DNA of 64,000 nt from Candidatus Heimdallarchaeum aukensis (GTDB lineage Archaea > Asgardarchaeota > Heimdallarchaeia > Heimdallarchaeales > Heimdallarchaeaceae): positions 2,176,001-2,240,000 of the forward strand of contig CP084166.1 of NCBI GenBank assembly GCA_021513695.1, read 5' to 3'. The notes beneath the pieces are model-generated. The model saw only the letters and a program-made list of their open reading frames with translations, had not been told where the DNA came from and made no database searches. Of this stretch, positions 39,120 to 49,067 are shown in pieces. Position numbers and translations under genes: made by a program. The stretch's first letter is position 1, and the number at the start of each line of letters is the position of its first letter.

Positions 39120-41219
39120 GTGACAGAATTGAATAAAAGAAATAAAGAAAAATATGTAGTAACATGTGCATGGCCCTATGTAAATACCATACCTCATTTG
39201 GGTACTTTTTTACACTTGCTTAGTGGTGATATTATAACTAGATATTTAAAAATAAAAGGCGATGAGGCTATTTATGTAAGTGGTTCCGACACACATGGAA
39301 CACCTGTAATTGTTGCAGCTGAAAAAGAAGGAATCCCCCCTAAAGATTTGGCTTTTAAATATCATAACATTATTCTCAGATTATTAAAAGAATGGAATAT
39401 AGATTTTACTAACTATACTCATACTCATAATGAAGTTCACATAGAATTTGTTCAAGAATTCTATAAAAAAGTACATGAAAATGGTTATTTTACGTTACAA
39501 GAATCCAAACAGTTTTTCTGTGATCATTGTAATAGATTTTTGCCAGATAGATTTGTGGAAGGAACTTGCCCTCATTGCCATCATCAGGGAGCACGTGGCG
39601 ATCAATGTGTTAATCCTGAATGTGGAAAAATATTGAAACCAATAGAGTTGATTAATCCATATTGTGCAACATGCAAAAATCCTCCAGTATTGAAAAAAAC
39701 TGAACATTGGTATTTTGATTTACCCAAATTTGAAAAACAGTTAAAGGATTTCATTGTTTCTACTCCCCATATTCCTGCAAATGCAAAGCCAAAAATGCTT
39801 GATATGATCAATGAAGGTCTGGTAGCTAGACCTTTCACTCGAGATCTTAAATGGGGAATCCCCGCTGGTCCAATTTTTGGAGAAAAATTCAAAGATAAAG
39901 TTCTTTATGTTTGGACTGAAGCAGTATTGGGCTATTTAAGTGCTGTAAAAGAATGGGCAATTAAAGAAAATAAACCTGAATTGTTTGAATACTTCTGGAA
40001 GGATAAGAATACAAAAACAGTTTTCTGTATAGGGAAAGACAATAATATTTTCCATATTATACTGTTTCCTGCATTATTAATGGCTGTAAATGATGGCTAT
40101 CCTTTACCATATGCAGTTTCTACAACACAATTCATAATGTTCAGAGAAAAGGCTTTCTCAAAATCCCAAGGAATAGGGTTGTGGGCTGATGAAGCAACTG
40201 CAATACTTCCTGCCCCATATTGGCGTTATTATCTGATATATACTCGACCAGAACTTAAAGACTCAAACTTTGAATGGAGTGAATTCACAAAAATCGTTAA
40301 TAGTAACCTGAACGACACTATTGGTAATTTTATTCATAGGACTATATCTTTTATTACAAGATCATTTGATGGCAAAATTCCTGTAAGGTGTAAATTGACC
40401 CCAGATGAGAAAAAACTTTTGCATGATGTGGAAGAAAGTACCCAAGATTACATCAAAGCAATGGATAATTTTAAACTTAAAGACGCTGCAACAATCGTTT
40501 CTGACATTGCGAGAAAAGGAAATCAGTACTTATCAAGTGCACAACCTTGGCACACAATTAAAGAAAATAAAGAAGCTGCAGGGACTACACTTAATATTTG
40601 TGCTAAAATAACTGAAATATTAGCAATACTTTTGTGGCCAATAATCCCTGAAGTTAGTGAAAAAGTGTGGAAAGCTTTGGGTTTTCAAGAAGGGATCTTA
40701 GAAAAAGGAATTTTATCTATTGACATAAAAAATACTTTAGAAGGTCAAAAAATCCAAGCAATAAAACCTTTATTTCATAAGATAAAAGAGGATGAATTAA
40801 TTAAGAGTCTAAATGATTTTAGAAAATCAAAACAAAAACAAAGTAAGCAAAAAGAGGAGAAAAAAATGGTTGAAAGCAAACAAGAAGAAAGTGGAAACAA
40901 AATAGATTACAAAACATTTCAGAAAGTAGAACTCAAAGTCGCAACAATAATAGAAGCTGAATCAATTGAAAACAGTAAGAAATTAATTAAATTACAAGTA
41001 GACTTAGGAACAGAAAAAAGGCAAATCATTGCTGGTATTAAACAATACTATAAACCAGAGGAGCTAGTAGGGAGACAAATAATTGTTGTAACAAACTTAA
41101 AACCGGCAAAACTAATGGGGCATGAATCTAATGGGATGCTTCTAGCTGCAGATATTGATGGAGAACCTATATTACTAAAACCAGATAAAGATGTACCCAA
41201 CGGTACCCCAATACGTTAA
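39120..41219 (+). CDS. metG: Methionyl-tRNA synthetase with a C-terminal EMAP/Trbp111-like tRNA-binding domain
   Basis: The ORF has a GTG start, PYVNTIPHLGT (HIGH-class motif), a CxxC...CxxC zinc knuckle, AFSKSQG (KMSKS) and a C-terminal OB tRNA-binding domain (KVELKVATIIEAE...VVTNLKPAKLMGHESNGMLLAA). Confidence 0.9.
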   Translation: MTELNKRNKEKYVVTCAWPYVNTIPHLGTFLHLLSGDIITRYLKIKGDEAIYVSGSDTHGTPVIVAAEKEGIPPKDLAFKYHNIILRLLKEWNIDFTNYTHTHNEVHIEFVQEFYKKVHENGYFTLQESKQFFCDHCNRFLPDRFVEGTCPHCHHQGARGDQCVNPECGKILKPIELINPYCATCKNPPVLKKTEHWYFDLPKFEKQLKDFIVSTPHIPANAKPKMLDMINEGLVARPFTRDLKWGIPAGPIFGEKFKDKVLYVWTEAVLGYLSAVKEWAIKENKPELFEYFWKDKNTKTVFCIGKDNNIFHIILFPALLMAVNDGYPLPYAVSTTQFIMFREKAFSKSQGIGLWADEATAILPAPYWRYYLIYTRPELKDSNFEWSEFTKIVNSNLNDTIGNFIHRTISFITRSFDGKIPVRCKLTPDEKKLLHDVEESTQDYIKAMDNFKLKDAATIVSDIARKGNQYLSSAQPWHTIKENKEAAGTTLNICAKITEILAILLWPIIPEVSEKVWKALGFQEGILEKGILSIDIKNTLEGQKIQAIKPLFHKIKEDELIKSLNDFRKSKQKQSKQKEEKKMVESKQEESGNKIDYKTFQKVELKVATIIEAESIENSKKLIKLQVDLGTEKRQIIAGIKQYYKPEELVGRQIIVVTNLKPAKLMGHESNGMLLAADIDGEPILLKPDKDVPNGTPIR

Positions 41220-41308
41220 AATATATCTTAATTTTTTTGCAAATTTTGACTGCTTTCTATCCTTTTCTTTCTTGTTAAAGTCAAGGAAAAAAATACAGAA
41301 ATAACTTG

Positions 41309-41386
41309 TGGCGGGCCAGGCAGGATTTGAACCTGCGATACCCTGCTCCGAAGGCAGGTGCCTTATCCATGCTAGACTACTGGCCC
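41309..41386 (-). tRNA. tRNA-Arg(UCG), intron-less, encoded CCA
   Basis: Reverse complement: GGGCCAG-TA-GTCT-AGCATGGATA-AGGC-A-CCTGC-CTTCGGA-GCAGG-GTATC-GCAGG-TTCAAAT-CCTGC-CTGGCCC-G-CCA. Confidence 0.85.
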
Positions 41387-41508
41387 AATCAATTAGGAAA
41401 GCATGTCACAATTGATTTTTCTATTATCTAAATAAATTATTCGATACTCATTTTCTTATTTTTATTATTTTCACTAAAAGAACAGTTTTTTTCTCTTTCT
41501 CGTAGAGC

Positions 41509-42765
41509 TTATCTCGGTAACCCATTATTTATCCATGTTGTTAATAAACGCTTAAATTCTTTTTTCTTGTGAATCCCTTGAGTTTGGTAAGAGTAAATTT
41601 GACTCATCGCTAACCCTCCTAGTTCAATATATGCTTCATCCATGTCGCAAATTGCTGATATTCTAGCCTTAAAATTTTCGTCACTATCTGCTTCGTCCAC
41701 GTAATTGATAAATAATTTTAGTATCTTTTCTATCTTTGGTGGTACTTGTTTCTCTTCTTTTGAAACAGGTTTTGAACTGATATCAACTTTTTCTTTTTCT
41801 TGGACTTTAGTTTCTGGTTTTGGTTCAGCTTTTGGTTCAGGTTCTGGTTTTGGTTCAGCTTTTTCTTCAATTGCTTTTTCTTCAATTGCTTTTTCTATTT
41901 CTTCTTCATCTGCAAAAAGTTTTTCCTTAATTACAGGCCTTGACGGCTTTTCAGTTTCTTTAACTTCTATCTTTGCTTTGGGTTTCTCTTCTTTCTCTTC
42001 TATTCTAGTTTCAGTTTTTGGTATAGTCTGTTTTACTTTAGGAATACTAGATGCACTTGCGCTCTTAAAACCAAAACTTATCTGATCTGGAGAAATAGTT
42101 ACTTCTGATTTTTCTTCTTTTGCTGGAACAGCTTTTTCCTTTTCTTCTATTTCTGGAAGTTCGTCAACTATTAAACTCTCTGGTATCTCAAATTTTGTTT
42201 CTTTTGGAATTTCTTGTCCTTCAACTACTGTATCAAGAAATTGATTAATATCTTGGCATATTGGTTGAATTTTTGGTATTTTACTACTGATTTCTCTCAT
42301 TTTTTCTTTTAATGTTTCAACGCCCGCAATCATTACATTTATTTTGCGCTTTAGTTCTTGATTTTCTTTTATTATTTCTTGTTCTTCTTCTTCAGTCATT
42401 CCCATTTCCTGCATAGATTCCATGAGAGCATTCATTTGTAATTTTAATTCTTCGCGCTCTGCTTGAAATAGTTCTTCTTGCAATCTTTTTTCTTCTATTT
42501 CTTTATCCAAAGCTTCTTTTTCAGCTTTTAGATCCTCAAGTATTTTTGTAAGTTGATCAAGTTCTTTTGTCAACTCGTCTACTTTTTCACTGGGCTGCGT
42601 CTGCTTCAACTTTTCTTCTAACTTTTCGTATAATTGAATTCTTCTCATTGCAAGCTGAGGAGTTATGTTTCTTTTTTTCATGAAATTTAAAATAAAATCT
42701 AACTCGTGTAATGGTATCTTATATTTTTTTACAAGTTCCTCAGCGCTAAGACTTGTCTCTGTCAT
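41509..42765 (-). CDS. Coiled-coil, Lys/Glu/Pro-rich repeat protein, hypothetical
   Basis: The 418-aa ORF has long heptad-like KE-rich segments and tandem peptide repeats (EEKAIEEKAIEEKAEPKPEPEPKAEPKPETK). Confidence 0.4.
   Translation of the reverse strand: MTETSLSAEELVKKYKIPLHELDFILNFMKKRNITPQLAMRRIQLYEKLEEKLKQTQPSEKVDELTKELDQLTKILEDLKAEKEALDKEIEEKRLQEELFQAEREELKLQMNALMESMQEMGMTEEEEQEIIKENQELKRKINVMIAGVETLKEKMREISSKIPKIQPICQDINQFLDTVVEGQEIPKETKFEIPESLIVDELPEIEEKEKAVPAKEEKSEVTISPDQISFGFKSASASSIPKVKQTIPKTETRIEEKEEKPKAKIEVKETEKPSRPVIKEKLFADEEEIEKAIEEKAIEEKAEPKPEPEPKAEPKPETKVQEKEKVDISSKPVSKEEKQVPPKIEKILKLFINYVDEADSDENFKARISAICDMDEAYIELGGLAMSQIYSYQTQGIHKKKEFKRLLTTWINNGLPR
41815..41900. repeat. 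Short tandem nucleotide repeats inside the KE-rich gene
   Basis: ggttcagcttttggttcaggttctggttttggttcagc and ttcttcaattgctttttcttcaattgctttttc are near-perfect tandem units of 12-18 nt. Confidence 0.45.
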
Positions 42766-42879
42766 AGTTCTCTAAATATTATAGGTTTTCTATGATTTTA
42801 ATAACTTTTGGTAGTATTGTCTTTAAAGAAATACGAAGCTTTTTTTAGGAGATAAGCTATTTTGAAAATGGTGTAATAA

Positions 42880-43905
42880 TTGCCAGATTTGAGAGGCTTG
42901 ATGGTTAACCGTTTAATTGTTCTAATCCAGATAATTGCATTTCCGGTATATTTTTACTTATGGGCCTTTTTTGGACCAATGAAGGATATGACTTTAGCAA
43001 AATTCTTCTTTTGGCGAACAAGTGATGTTTCACCCTTTTCACCACAAGCAGAGATGGTAATCTTAAAAATAATTGCTCCATTAATCTTTGCTCTTCCATT
43101 TACTTTAGGTTCTATAGTTCGAGCTACTAGAATAGCTGATTCTTATACTCTTATGTGGAGAGCTTTAGGGAAAGTAAGGATAGATACAAAATTATTCTAC
43201 CTCGTGAATGCTATTTTCTCTTTGTTTTTCTTCATTTTACCCTTCGGTTCTCCAATTCTTGCAATTTTTGGTTCATTTTTTGCAGTTAAGTTAATCATGT
43301 ATGCTTTTGGATGGAAAAAAAATATTCCTGCTATTTTCATAGTAATTCCAGGACTATTTCTTAGTGCAATTCCTATCATGGTTACTATTGCTTTTTATAG
43401 TGAGTATTCAGCAGTTATTGTTCCCATTTGGCAGTTTTGGGCTAAATATTCTCCAATTTTCTATGGTATTGTGTTAACTCTTGCATGTGCAATGGCAATT
43501 GGTAACTTCTTCATCTTAATGCAAGAGGGTGCTGCTCAAGTTTCCAGAACTGAAGTAAATGAAAGAGTAGGAATTTTAGTAAAAGCTTTCTTGTTTGCTA
43601 CTTTTATGCTTCTATACTGGCTAGTTTCAAAATGGGATGCGAGTCATTTATCGATGTTCATTATAAACATTATAGCTGTTGTTTTAAGTACATTAGAAAC
43701 ACTTATTCGCTGGAGAAAGGGCTTAAGGCGTGAAGACAATACAAATGGAGGAGCTTTAATGGTACCAATCTTTATAGCCGCTAACTTCTTTGCTCGGTAT
43801 TGGAATGGAGCAATCACTATTGTAGTTTCAATTTCTGCATTGTTGTTCTTTGTTTTATTTATACTGGCTTATTATTATGCAACAGATGAAACTTTGTTTG
43901 AATAA
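42880..43905 (+). CDS. Polytopic membrane protein, hypothetical
   Basis: The 341-aa ORF has about 9 TM helices and no motif. Confidence 0.35.
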   Translation: MPDLRGLMVNRLIVLIQIIAFPVYFYLWAFFGPMKDMTLAKFFFWRTSDVSPFSPQAEMVILKIIAPLIFALPFTLGSIVRATRIADSYTLMWRALGKVRIDTKLFYLVNAIFSLFFFILPFGSPILAIFGSFFAVKLIMYAFGWKKNIPAIFIVIPGLFLSAIPIMVTIAFYSEYSAVIVPIWQFWAKYSPIFYGIVLTLACAMAIGNFFILMQEGAAQVSRTEVNERVGILVKAFLFATFMLLYWLVSKWDASHLSMFIINIIAVVLSTLETLIRWRKGLRREDNTNGGALMVPIFIAANFFARYWNGAITIVVSISALLFFVLFILAYYYATDETLFE

Positions 43906-44062
43906 AATCATTTTATTTCTCTTTTTCATTCTGTTTTTCTTCATTTCTACGGTCTGATTTTTTCTATTTAAAAGGGATAATTGATAAACATTCAACCATA
44001 ACTTTTTTAATATAAATATAAACTGACGAATAACAAAAGAAGACACTACGGAGTTTCCTCAT

Positions 44063-44692
44063 ATGACCGGAGAAAATGAGAGTCTGGAAATAATTACAAA
44101 AATTAAAGAGAAAACAGAGAAAAGAATTCAACAACTTCTGAAGGAAAAAGAAGAAGAAATTGCCAAAATTGAGGCTAAAGCGGAAGAGGAAATCAAGAAA
44201 AGAAGAGAAGCACTAATTGCTAAAGCAAAAAAAGAAGCAGAAACAGCCTTAGCCAAAGAAAAAGCTATTCAAAAATTAGATCTTGACTTAAAACTCTCTA
44301 AACAAAGAGAGGAAATAATTGATGAATTTATTAATAAAGCTAAATCGATCATTGAAGAGAAGGTAAAAACGAAAGAGTATGAGAAAAGCCTTACAAAGAT
44401 CATTATAGAAAGTGCATTAATATTAGATGAACCATCTCTTGTGATATTCTGTAAAGAAGAAGATAAGAAAATTATGTCTCCTAGCTTTCTCAATAAAATT
44501 TCAGAAAAAATAAAAAAAGAACACAAGAAAGAAGTAAATTTCTCAATAGCTGATACTTTTATAAATACAATCGGTGGAGTAATCGTAGAAACTCAAGATA
44601 AGTCTATTCGTGTTAATAATACTTATGAAAAACGAATTGAACGAGCAGTAGATGATTTAAAAAGAGAAATTGGAACAATGTTGATTTCTTAA
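44063..44692 (+). CDS. atpE: A/V-type ATP synthase subunit E
   Basis: The 209-aa ORF has a long N-terminal KE-rich coiled coil and a C-terminal globular domain ...INTIGGVIVETQDKSIRVNNTYEKRIERAVDDLKREI, matching the AtpE C-terminus pattern (GG.i.E..dg...dnT.e.rl). Confidence 0.6.
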   Translation: MTGENESLEIITKIKEKTEKRIQQLLKEKEEEIAKIEAKAEEEIKKRREALIAKAKKEAETALAKEKAIQKLDLDLKLSKQREEIIDEFINKAKSIIEEKVKTKEYEKSLTKIIIESALILDEPSLVIFCKEEDKKIMSPSFLNKISEKIKKEHKKEVNFSIADTFINTIGGVIVETQDKSIRVNNTYEKRIERAVDDLKREIGTMLIS

Positions 44693-44709
44693 AATAGAGA
44701 TGATCGAAG

Positions 44710-45297
44710 ATGAATATCATAAGGAAATTTCAATTTATTTTAATTATAGGATTATGTATTTCTTCCTTTGCTTTTTCAGTAAGAGCTGAAAACGAAATTC
44801 AAGTATATGATGACCAAATCACAGATACAAAAATATACAGAAATTCCATCATTAATGTGTTTGCAACCATCGTGAATCTTGGGAACAAAACCATTTTAGT
44901 TCACTCGCTAAATGCAGAGTTCATAAATGCTGATGGATTATCGAAATACAATAAATTATATTCAGAAAAATATGATACTGATCACCGTGAACTAGGTGCA
45001 GGAGAAAGTTTAACTGGTACTTTACGCTTTAAGGTGGTTAACGCAGAAGGAACTTATAATGTTAGTATCTTTTTTAAAGCAACAGATGTTTATTCTGAAG
45101 ATAATCCTTTGGGTGAAGCGCCTATTCTTAATTACACAACAGGAAGAATTTTCACAGTAAAAGTATATGAACAAACAAATGCTTCTGGTATTATAGCAGG
45201 CATCAGTTTCACTTTTCTAGGCCTTGTAGGTGTGGTAGTTATATTCATATTTTATGGCTGGTTAAAAGAGCGAATTGCAAAAAAGAAATATGAATAA
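44710..45297 (+). CDS. Secreted protein with a C-terminal TM anchor, hypothetical
   Basis: The ORF has a signal peptide, a beta-rich domain and a C-terminal hydrophobic helix followed by KK. Confidence 0.35.
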   Translation: MNIIRKFQFILIIGLCISSFAFSVRAENEIQVYDDQITDTKIYRNSIINVFATIVNLGNKTILVHSLNAEFINADGLSKYNKLYSEKYDTDHRELGAGESLTGTLRFKVVNAEGTYNVSIFFKATDVYSEDNPLGEAPILNYTTGRIFTVKVYEQTNASGIIAGISFTFLGLVGVVVIFIFYGWLKERIAKKKYE

Positions 45298-45435
45298 TTT
45301 TTCTATTACTCTTCTTTTTCTTTTCTTAAATATTTACCAAGAATTACTAGAGTAGGAACTTCTCTTTTATTTTGATTTTTACTAATGTTATTAATTGTTT
45401 TTTATTTTGTTGGTAAGATAAAGTTAAAGAGCATT

Positions 45436-46245
45436 CTATTCATCAAAAACTGCAGTTTTTCTAGCAAACATCAAGTATCCCGTGTGAGCGACATATTGCC
45501 ATGTCTTTGGTCTAATAGCATTTTCTTTTAACTGCATTTCTCGTTCGATTAATTCTATAGCTTTTATGTCAGTAAAATTGTTTTCTTTTAAGCTGATGTA
45601 TGTTTTTTCTAATTGATTAGCAGTAGGAATGAAAAGTGTTATCGTTCCGGATGGTTTTAATGATTCCTTTGCAAATGGAATAATTTCCCATGGATCTGCT
45701 AGATCCAAGAAAACACAATCGACATTCCTCTCTTCAAATCCTTTTTTTGCATCGGCCAATTTGAAGGTTATATACTCTGATAGCCCTAACCCTAATCTTT
45801 CTATGTTTTTCTTTGCAATGTTGTGTGCTTGTTCTCTGACCTCATAAGTAAAAACATGTCCTGTTGGTTGGACATATGTTGCTAGAACCGAAGTTAATGC
45901 TCCGCTTCCAGTTCCAGCTTCAATAATTCTTGTACCTGGCTTAATTCCGCTGTTTAAAATGATATATCCTAAATCTTTGGGGTAAATGATCTGTGATTTA
46001 AATTCAAAGTGATGAAGATAATCAGTGAGTAAAGGTTTGTAAATAAATAGTCTAATCCCTTTGTTAGTAACTATGGAAAGACCATAAGGTTTCCCAATAA
46101 TGTCATTAAATTCGAAAAAACCTTTATTGCAGTGAAATTTTTTATTTTCTTCGACTTTCCTTATCCATTTTCTTCTATTATCAAATACAATCAACACTCG
46201 GTCATTGTTTTTTATGCAATTGTTTTTTTTACAATCTTCGCTCAA
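45436..46245 (-). CDS. trmI: tRNA (adenine57/58-N1)-methyltransferase TrmI
   Basis: IIEAGTGSGALTSVLATYV is SAM motif I. VFLDLADPWE and the overall 269-aa GCD14/TrmI layout are present. Confidence 0.75.
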   Translation of the reverse strand: MSEDCKKNNCIKNNDRVLIVFDNRRKWIRKVEENKKFHCNKGFFEFNDIIGKPYGLSIVTNKGIRLFIYKPLLTDYLHHFEFKSQIIYPKDLGYIILNSGIKPGTRIIEAGTGSGALTSVLATYVQPTGHVFTYEVREQAHNIAKKNIERLGLGLSEYITFKLADAKKGFEERNVDCVFLDLADPWEIIPFAKESLKPSGTITLFIPTANQLEKTYISLKENNFTDIKAIELIEREMQLKENAIRPKTWQYVAHTGYLMFARKTAVFDE

Positions 46246-46357
46246 GTTTCCACCTTAACATTTCTTTTCTGAACTAGTTTTTTAGTTTTTCAATCATTGT
46301 GTGAGAATTTTCAGATTAAACGAAATGCTTTTGTAAGTTTAAGGCTGTCTTTTTTTA

Positions 46358-47788
46358 ATGATAAAGGTATATAATACTCTCACTAGAAAGCTAGAAGAAT
46401 TTAAACCCATAAACGAAGGAAAAATCCATTGGTATCATTGTGGTGTAACTGTATACTCTAGAAGCCACCTAGGCCACGCTAGGAACCTAATAGCTTTTGA
46501 TACAATCAGACGCTATTTAGAATACAGAGGCTATGAAGTCAGGTATGTTCAGAACTTTACTGATGTAGATGACAAAATGATTGCTAGAGCAAATGAAGAA
46601 GGAGTGTCAATTATAGAATTAGCAGAGAGAAATATATATGACTATTACGAAGATCTGGATAAGCTTAATGTAAAAAGACCTACTTTAGCACCAAGAGCAT
46701 TGTTGCATATCAACCATATGATAAAAGATATCCAAGTTCTAATAGAAAAAGGGTTTGCTTACGTGGCTGATAATGGGGATGTTTATTTTGATGTTCGAAA
46801 ATGGAAAGAATATGGCAAACTTTCCAAGCAGAAGTTAGAAAATATACTAGAGCATACAGAGGACACAGAGAATCCAAATAAACGTTTTCCTGCAGATTTT
46901 GCATTGTGGAAAGCTAAAAAAGAAGGAGAACCTTCTTGGCCTTCTCCATGGGGAGAAGGAAGACCAGGTTGGCACATTGAATGTTCTACCATGTCTATGA
47001 CTTACCTTGGAGAAACATTTGATATTCATAGCGGTGGTCAAGATTTAATCTTTCCCCATCATGAAAATGAAATTGCTCAGTCTGAATGCCTTACTGGAAA
47101 ACCTTTTGCTAATTATTGGTTACACAATGGGTTCGTAAAAATTGATGCAGAAAAAATGTCAAAATCCATTGGTAACATAATAAACATAAACACCATTTTG
47201 AAGAAATATTCTCCTGATAGTGTAAGGCTATACATTCTCCTTACTCATTATCGCCAACCTATTGATTTCACAGAAGACGGATTAGAACAAGCAGAAATTA
47301 CGGCAGAGAGACTATTCAATACTATTGTTCTCCTAAAAAGTTTTGCAGAAGATGGCGAAGAAACTAATGCAGTCACGGAAGAAGATAAAACTATGATACA
47401 AAAGATTGAAAATGCTAGGACTAAGTTTATAGAAGCAATGAATGAAGATTTTAATACAAGTAACGCTTTAGCAGCTGTATTTGATATTTCTAAGGATATA
47501 AACGACTATTTGAGGAAAACCGATGAAATTAATTCAATAGTGATACGTAAAGCAAACGAATTATTCGATGAATTTAGGCTTGTTTTAGGGTTGTTTAGTG
47601 ATATTGATCGCTATATCACAATGGATAAAGTCAAGAATTTAGTTAACTTACTTATAGATCTTCGTCAAGAATTTAGAAAAAATAAAAACTGGGAAAAGAG
47701 TGATAAAATACGCGATACACTAAAAGATTCTGGAATAATTCTTGAGGATAATCCAAAGCGAGTACTATGGAAATTGGTTACTAAGTAA
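46358..47788 (+). CDS. cysS: Cysteinyl-tRNA synthetase
   Basis: HLGHARN is the HIGH motif and KMSKSIGN is the KMSKS motif. The 476-aa class I layout with a DALR-like C-terminus is present. Confidence 0.9.
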   Translation: MIKVYNTLTRKLEEFKPINEGKIHWYHCGVTVYSRSHLGHARNLIAFDTIRRYLEYRGYEVRYVQNFTDVDDKMIARANEEGVSIIELAERNIYDYYEDLDKLNVKRPTLAPRALLHINHMIKDIQVLIEKGFAYVADNGDVYFDVRKWKEYGKLSKQKLENILEHTEDTENPNKRFPADFALWKAKKEGEPSWPSPWGEGRPGWHIECSTMSMTYLGETFDIHSGGQDLIFPHHENEIAQSECLTGKPFANYWLHNGFVKIDAEKMSKSIGNIININTILKKYSPDSVRLYILLTHYRQPIDFTEDGLEQAEITAERLFNTIVLLKSFAEDGEETNAVTEEDKTMIQKIENARTKFIEAMNEDFNTSNALAAVFDISKDINDYLRKTDEINSIVIRKANELFDEFRLVLGLFSDIDRYITMDKVKNLVNLLIDLRQEFRKNKNWEKSDKIRDTLKDSGIILEDNPKRVLWKLVTK

Positions 47789-47892
47789 CCTCTTTTTTTA
47801 CTCTTTTATTTTGATAATTTAAATATAATTCCTTTATTCGAATTGTTTTTTTCTCTTACTACAAAAGAAAAAAGTAGTTATAATGTTTACAT

Positions 47893-47980
47893 GTTCTCTT
47901 AATTCAGTCCTCACAATCGTATCGATGTGTTGGCTGGTTGGGTAGAGTCCTGAAGAAACTACTTAAAATTTCAACTCATA
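47893..47980. repeat. Copy 2 of the duplicated ~90-nt noncoding element (see 19317-19407)
   Basis: About 80% identity to 19317-19407. It lies about 60 bp upstream of the small tail-anchored protein gene. Confidence 0.5.
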
Positions 47981-48042
47981 GTGTAGCTCAAGACAGCATC
48001 TCAGAAAAAAGTTTTTGTATTTCAGTGTATTTGCTAACAATA

Positions 48043-48204
48043 ATGAGTGACGATAAGATTAATGAAGAAAAACTTGAGGACGAAAAAATAGATGATGAAG
48101 AAGAATATGTTGGTAGAGACTGGAATAAAATTTTGATGGGCGTCTTATTTGTCTTTGCTGCGACTGTAACCTGGTATGTTATTCAAGCAATTCTTGGAAA
48201 TTAA
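48043..48204 (+). CDS. Small tail-anchored membrane protein (acidic N-terminus plus a single C-terminal TM), possibly Sec61beta/SecG-like
   Basis: MSDDKINEEKLEDEKIDDEEEYVGRDWNKILMGVLFVFAATVTWYVIQAILGN. The start is taken at the internal ATG because the upstream part of the tracked ORF overlaps the repeat element. Confidence 0.3.
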   Translation: MSDDKINEEKLEDEKIDDEEEYVGRDWNKILMGVLFVFAATVTWYVIQAILGN

Positions 48205-48302
48205 ACTTTTTTCGTGTATTTTTTATGTTTTTAATTTAAGTAAAAAATTTATTAGAATTTGTAATAAAAAATCTTTTTAATTAGTTATTTTTTGCTATTA
48301 TT

Positions 48303-48995
48303 ATGCTGAAAAGAATAGTTTTTACTAACTTAGTTTTCTTGCTGTTCAGTTCTGTTCTAATACACGCAGGGTCCAGTTATAGTGTCGTTCCTTCAGATTA
48401 CTTGATCTATAATGTTGTAGACTCAAGTTCAACAACAAACTATTTTTACGGTGCGTGGCCTCCTGGACATTATTTTGGAACATGGTCTGTTGAAGCAGGA
48501 GATAAAATAATGTTCAATGTTACTTCGGTAACAGACATGACAATTAATGGTACTTTGACTCTTGGGAATATCACTTTCACTGATGTGCGAAATATAGACA
48601 TAGGAAGCGCTTTAGCATTAAGTATATACCCTTGGATGGGCGGTCTTATTGCAAATTCTTCTGATTGGACTAACATCGAACAATTAGTTGAAAATACTAA
48701 CACTACCATATCTGTAGAGCAAATAACTTACTCTGTAAATGGCAACAACATCACATTAATTGCAAGAATTTTTGAAGTTTCAAATTATTATGGGCAGTTC
48801 TCTAGGTTAATCTATGATAATAATACTGGTATTTTGCTGGAGGGTACAACAAGTTTTGGTAATTACCGCTTAAGTCTATCTTTAGAATTTACATCTGTTG
48901 AACTTAATACACAAACTCAAAAAACAGTATGGTCCCCTCTACTATTATCTGTCTTCTCTGTTGTTATAGTCGTGATAATATTAAGAAAGCGTTAA
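48303..48995 (+). CDS. Secreted beta-rich protein with a C-terminal TM anchor, hypothetical
   Basis: The ORF has a signal peptide, N-x-T/S-rich stretches and a C-terminal hydrophobic helix plus RKR. Confidence 0.35.
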   Translation: MLKRIVFTNLVFLLFSSVLIHAGSSYSVVPSDYLIYNVVDSSSTTNYFYGAWPPGHYFGTWSVEAGDKIMFNVTSVTDMTINGTLTLGNITFTDVRNIDIGSALALSIYPWMGGLIANSSDWTNIEQLVENTNTTISVEQITYSVNGNNITLIARIFEVSNYYGQFSRLIYDNNTGILLEGTTSFGNYRLSLSLEFTSVELNTQTQKTVWSPLLLSVFSVVIVVIILRKR

Positions 48996-49067
48996 TTTTC
49001 AATTATTTTTTCATTTTTTATAAAAAAAAGCAAAAACTTTTAGAATAACGAGCTTAGAATGTAATAT

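Noticed and set aside
41705-42085. 126-aa plus-strand ORF antisense to the KE-rich coiled-coil gene
   Set aside because: It is a Gly/Ser/Phe-rich low-complexity string, a mirror of the repeat-rich sense gene. The sense ORF is long and has globular N- and C-terminal domains.
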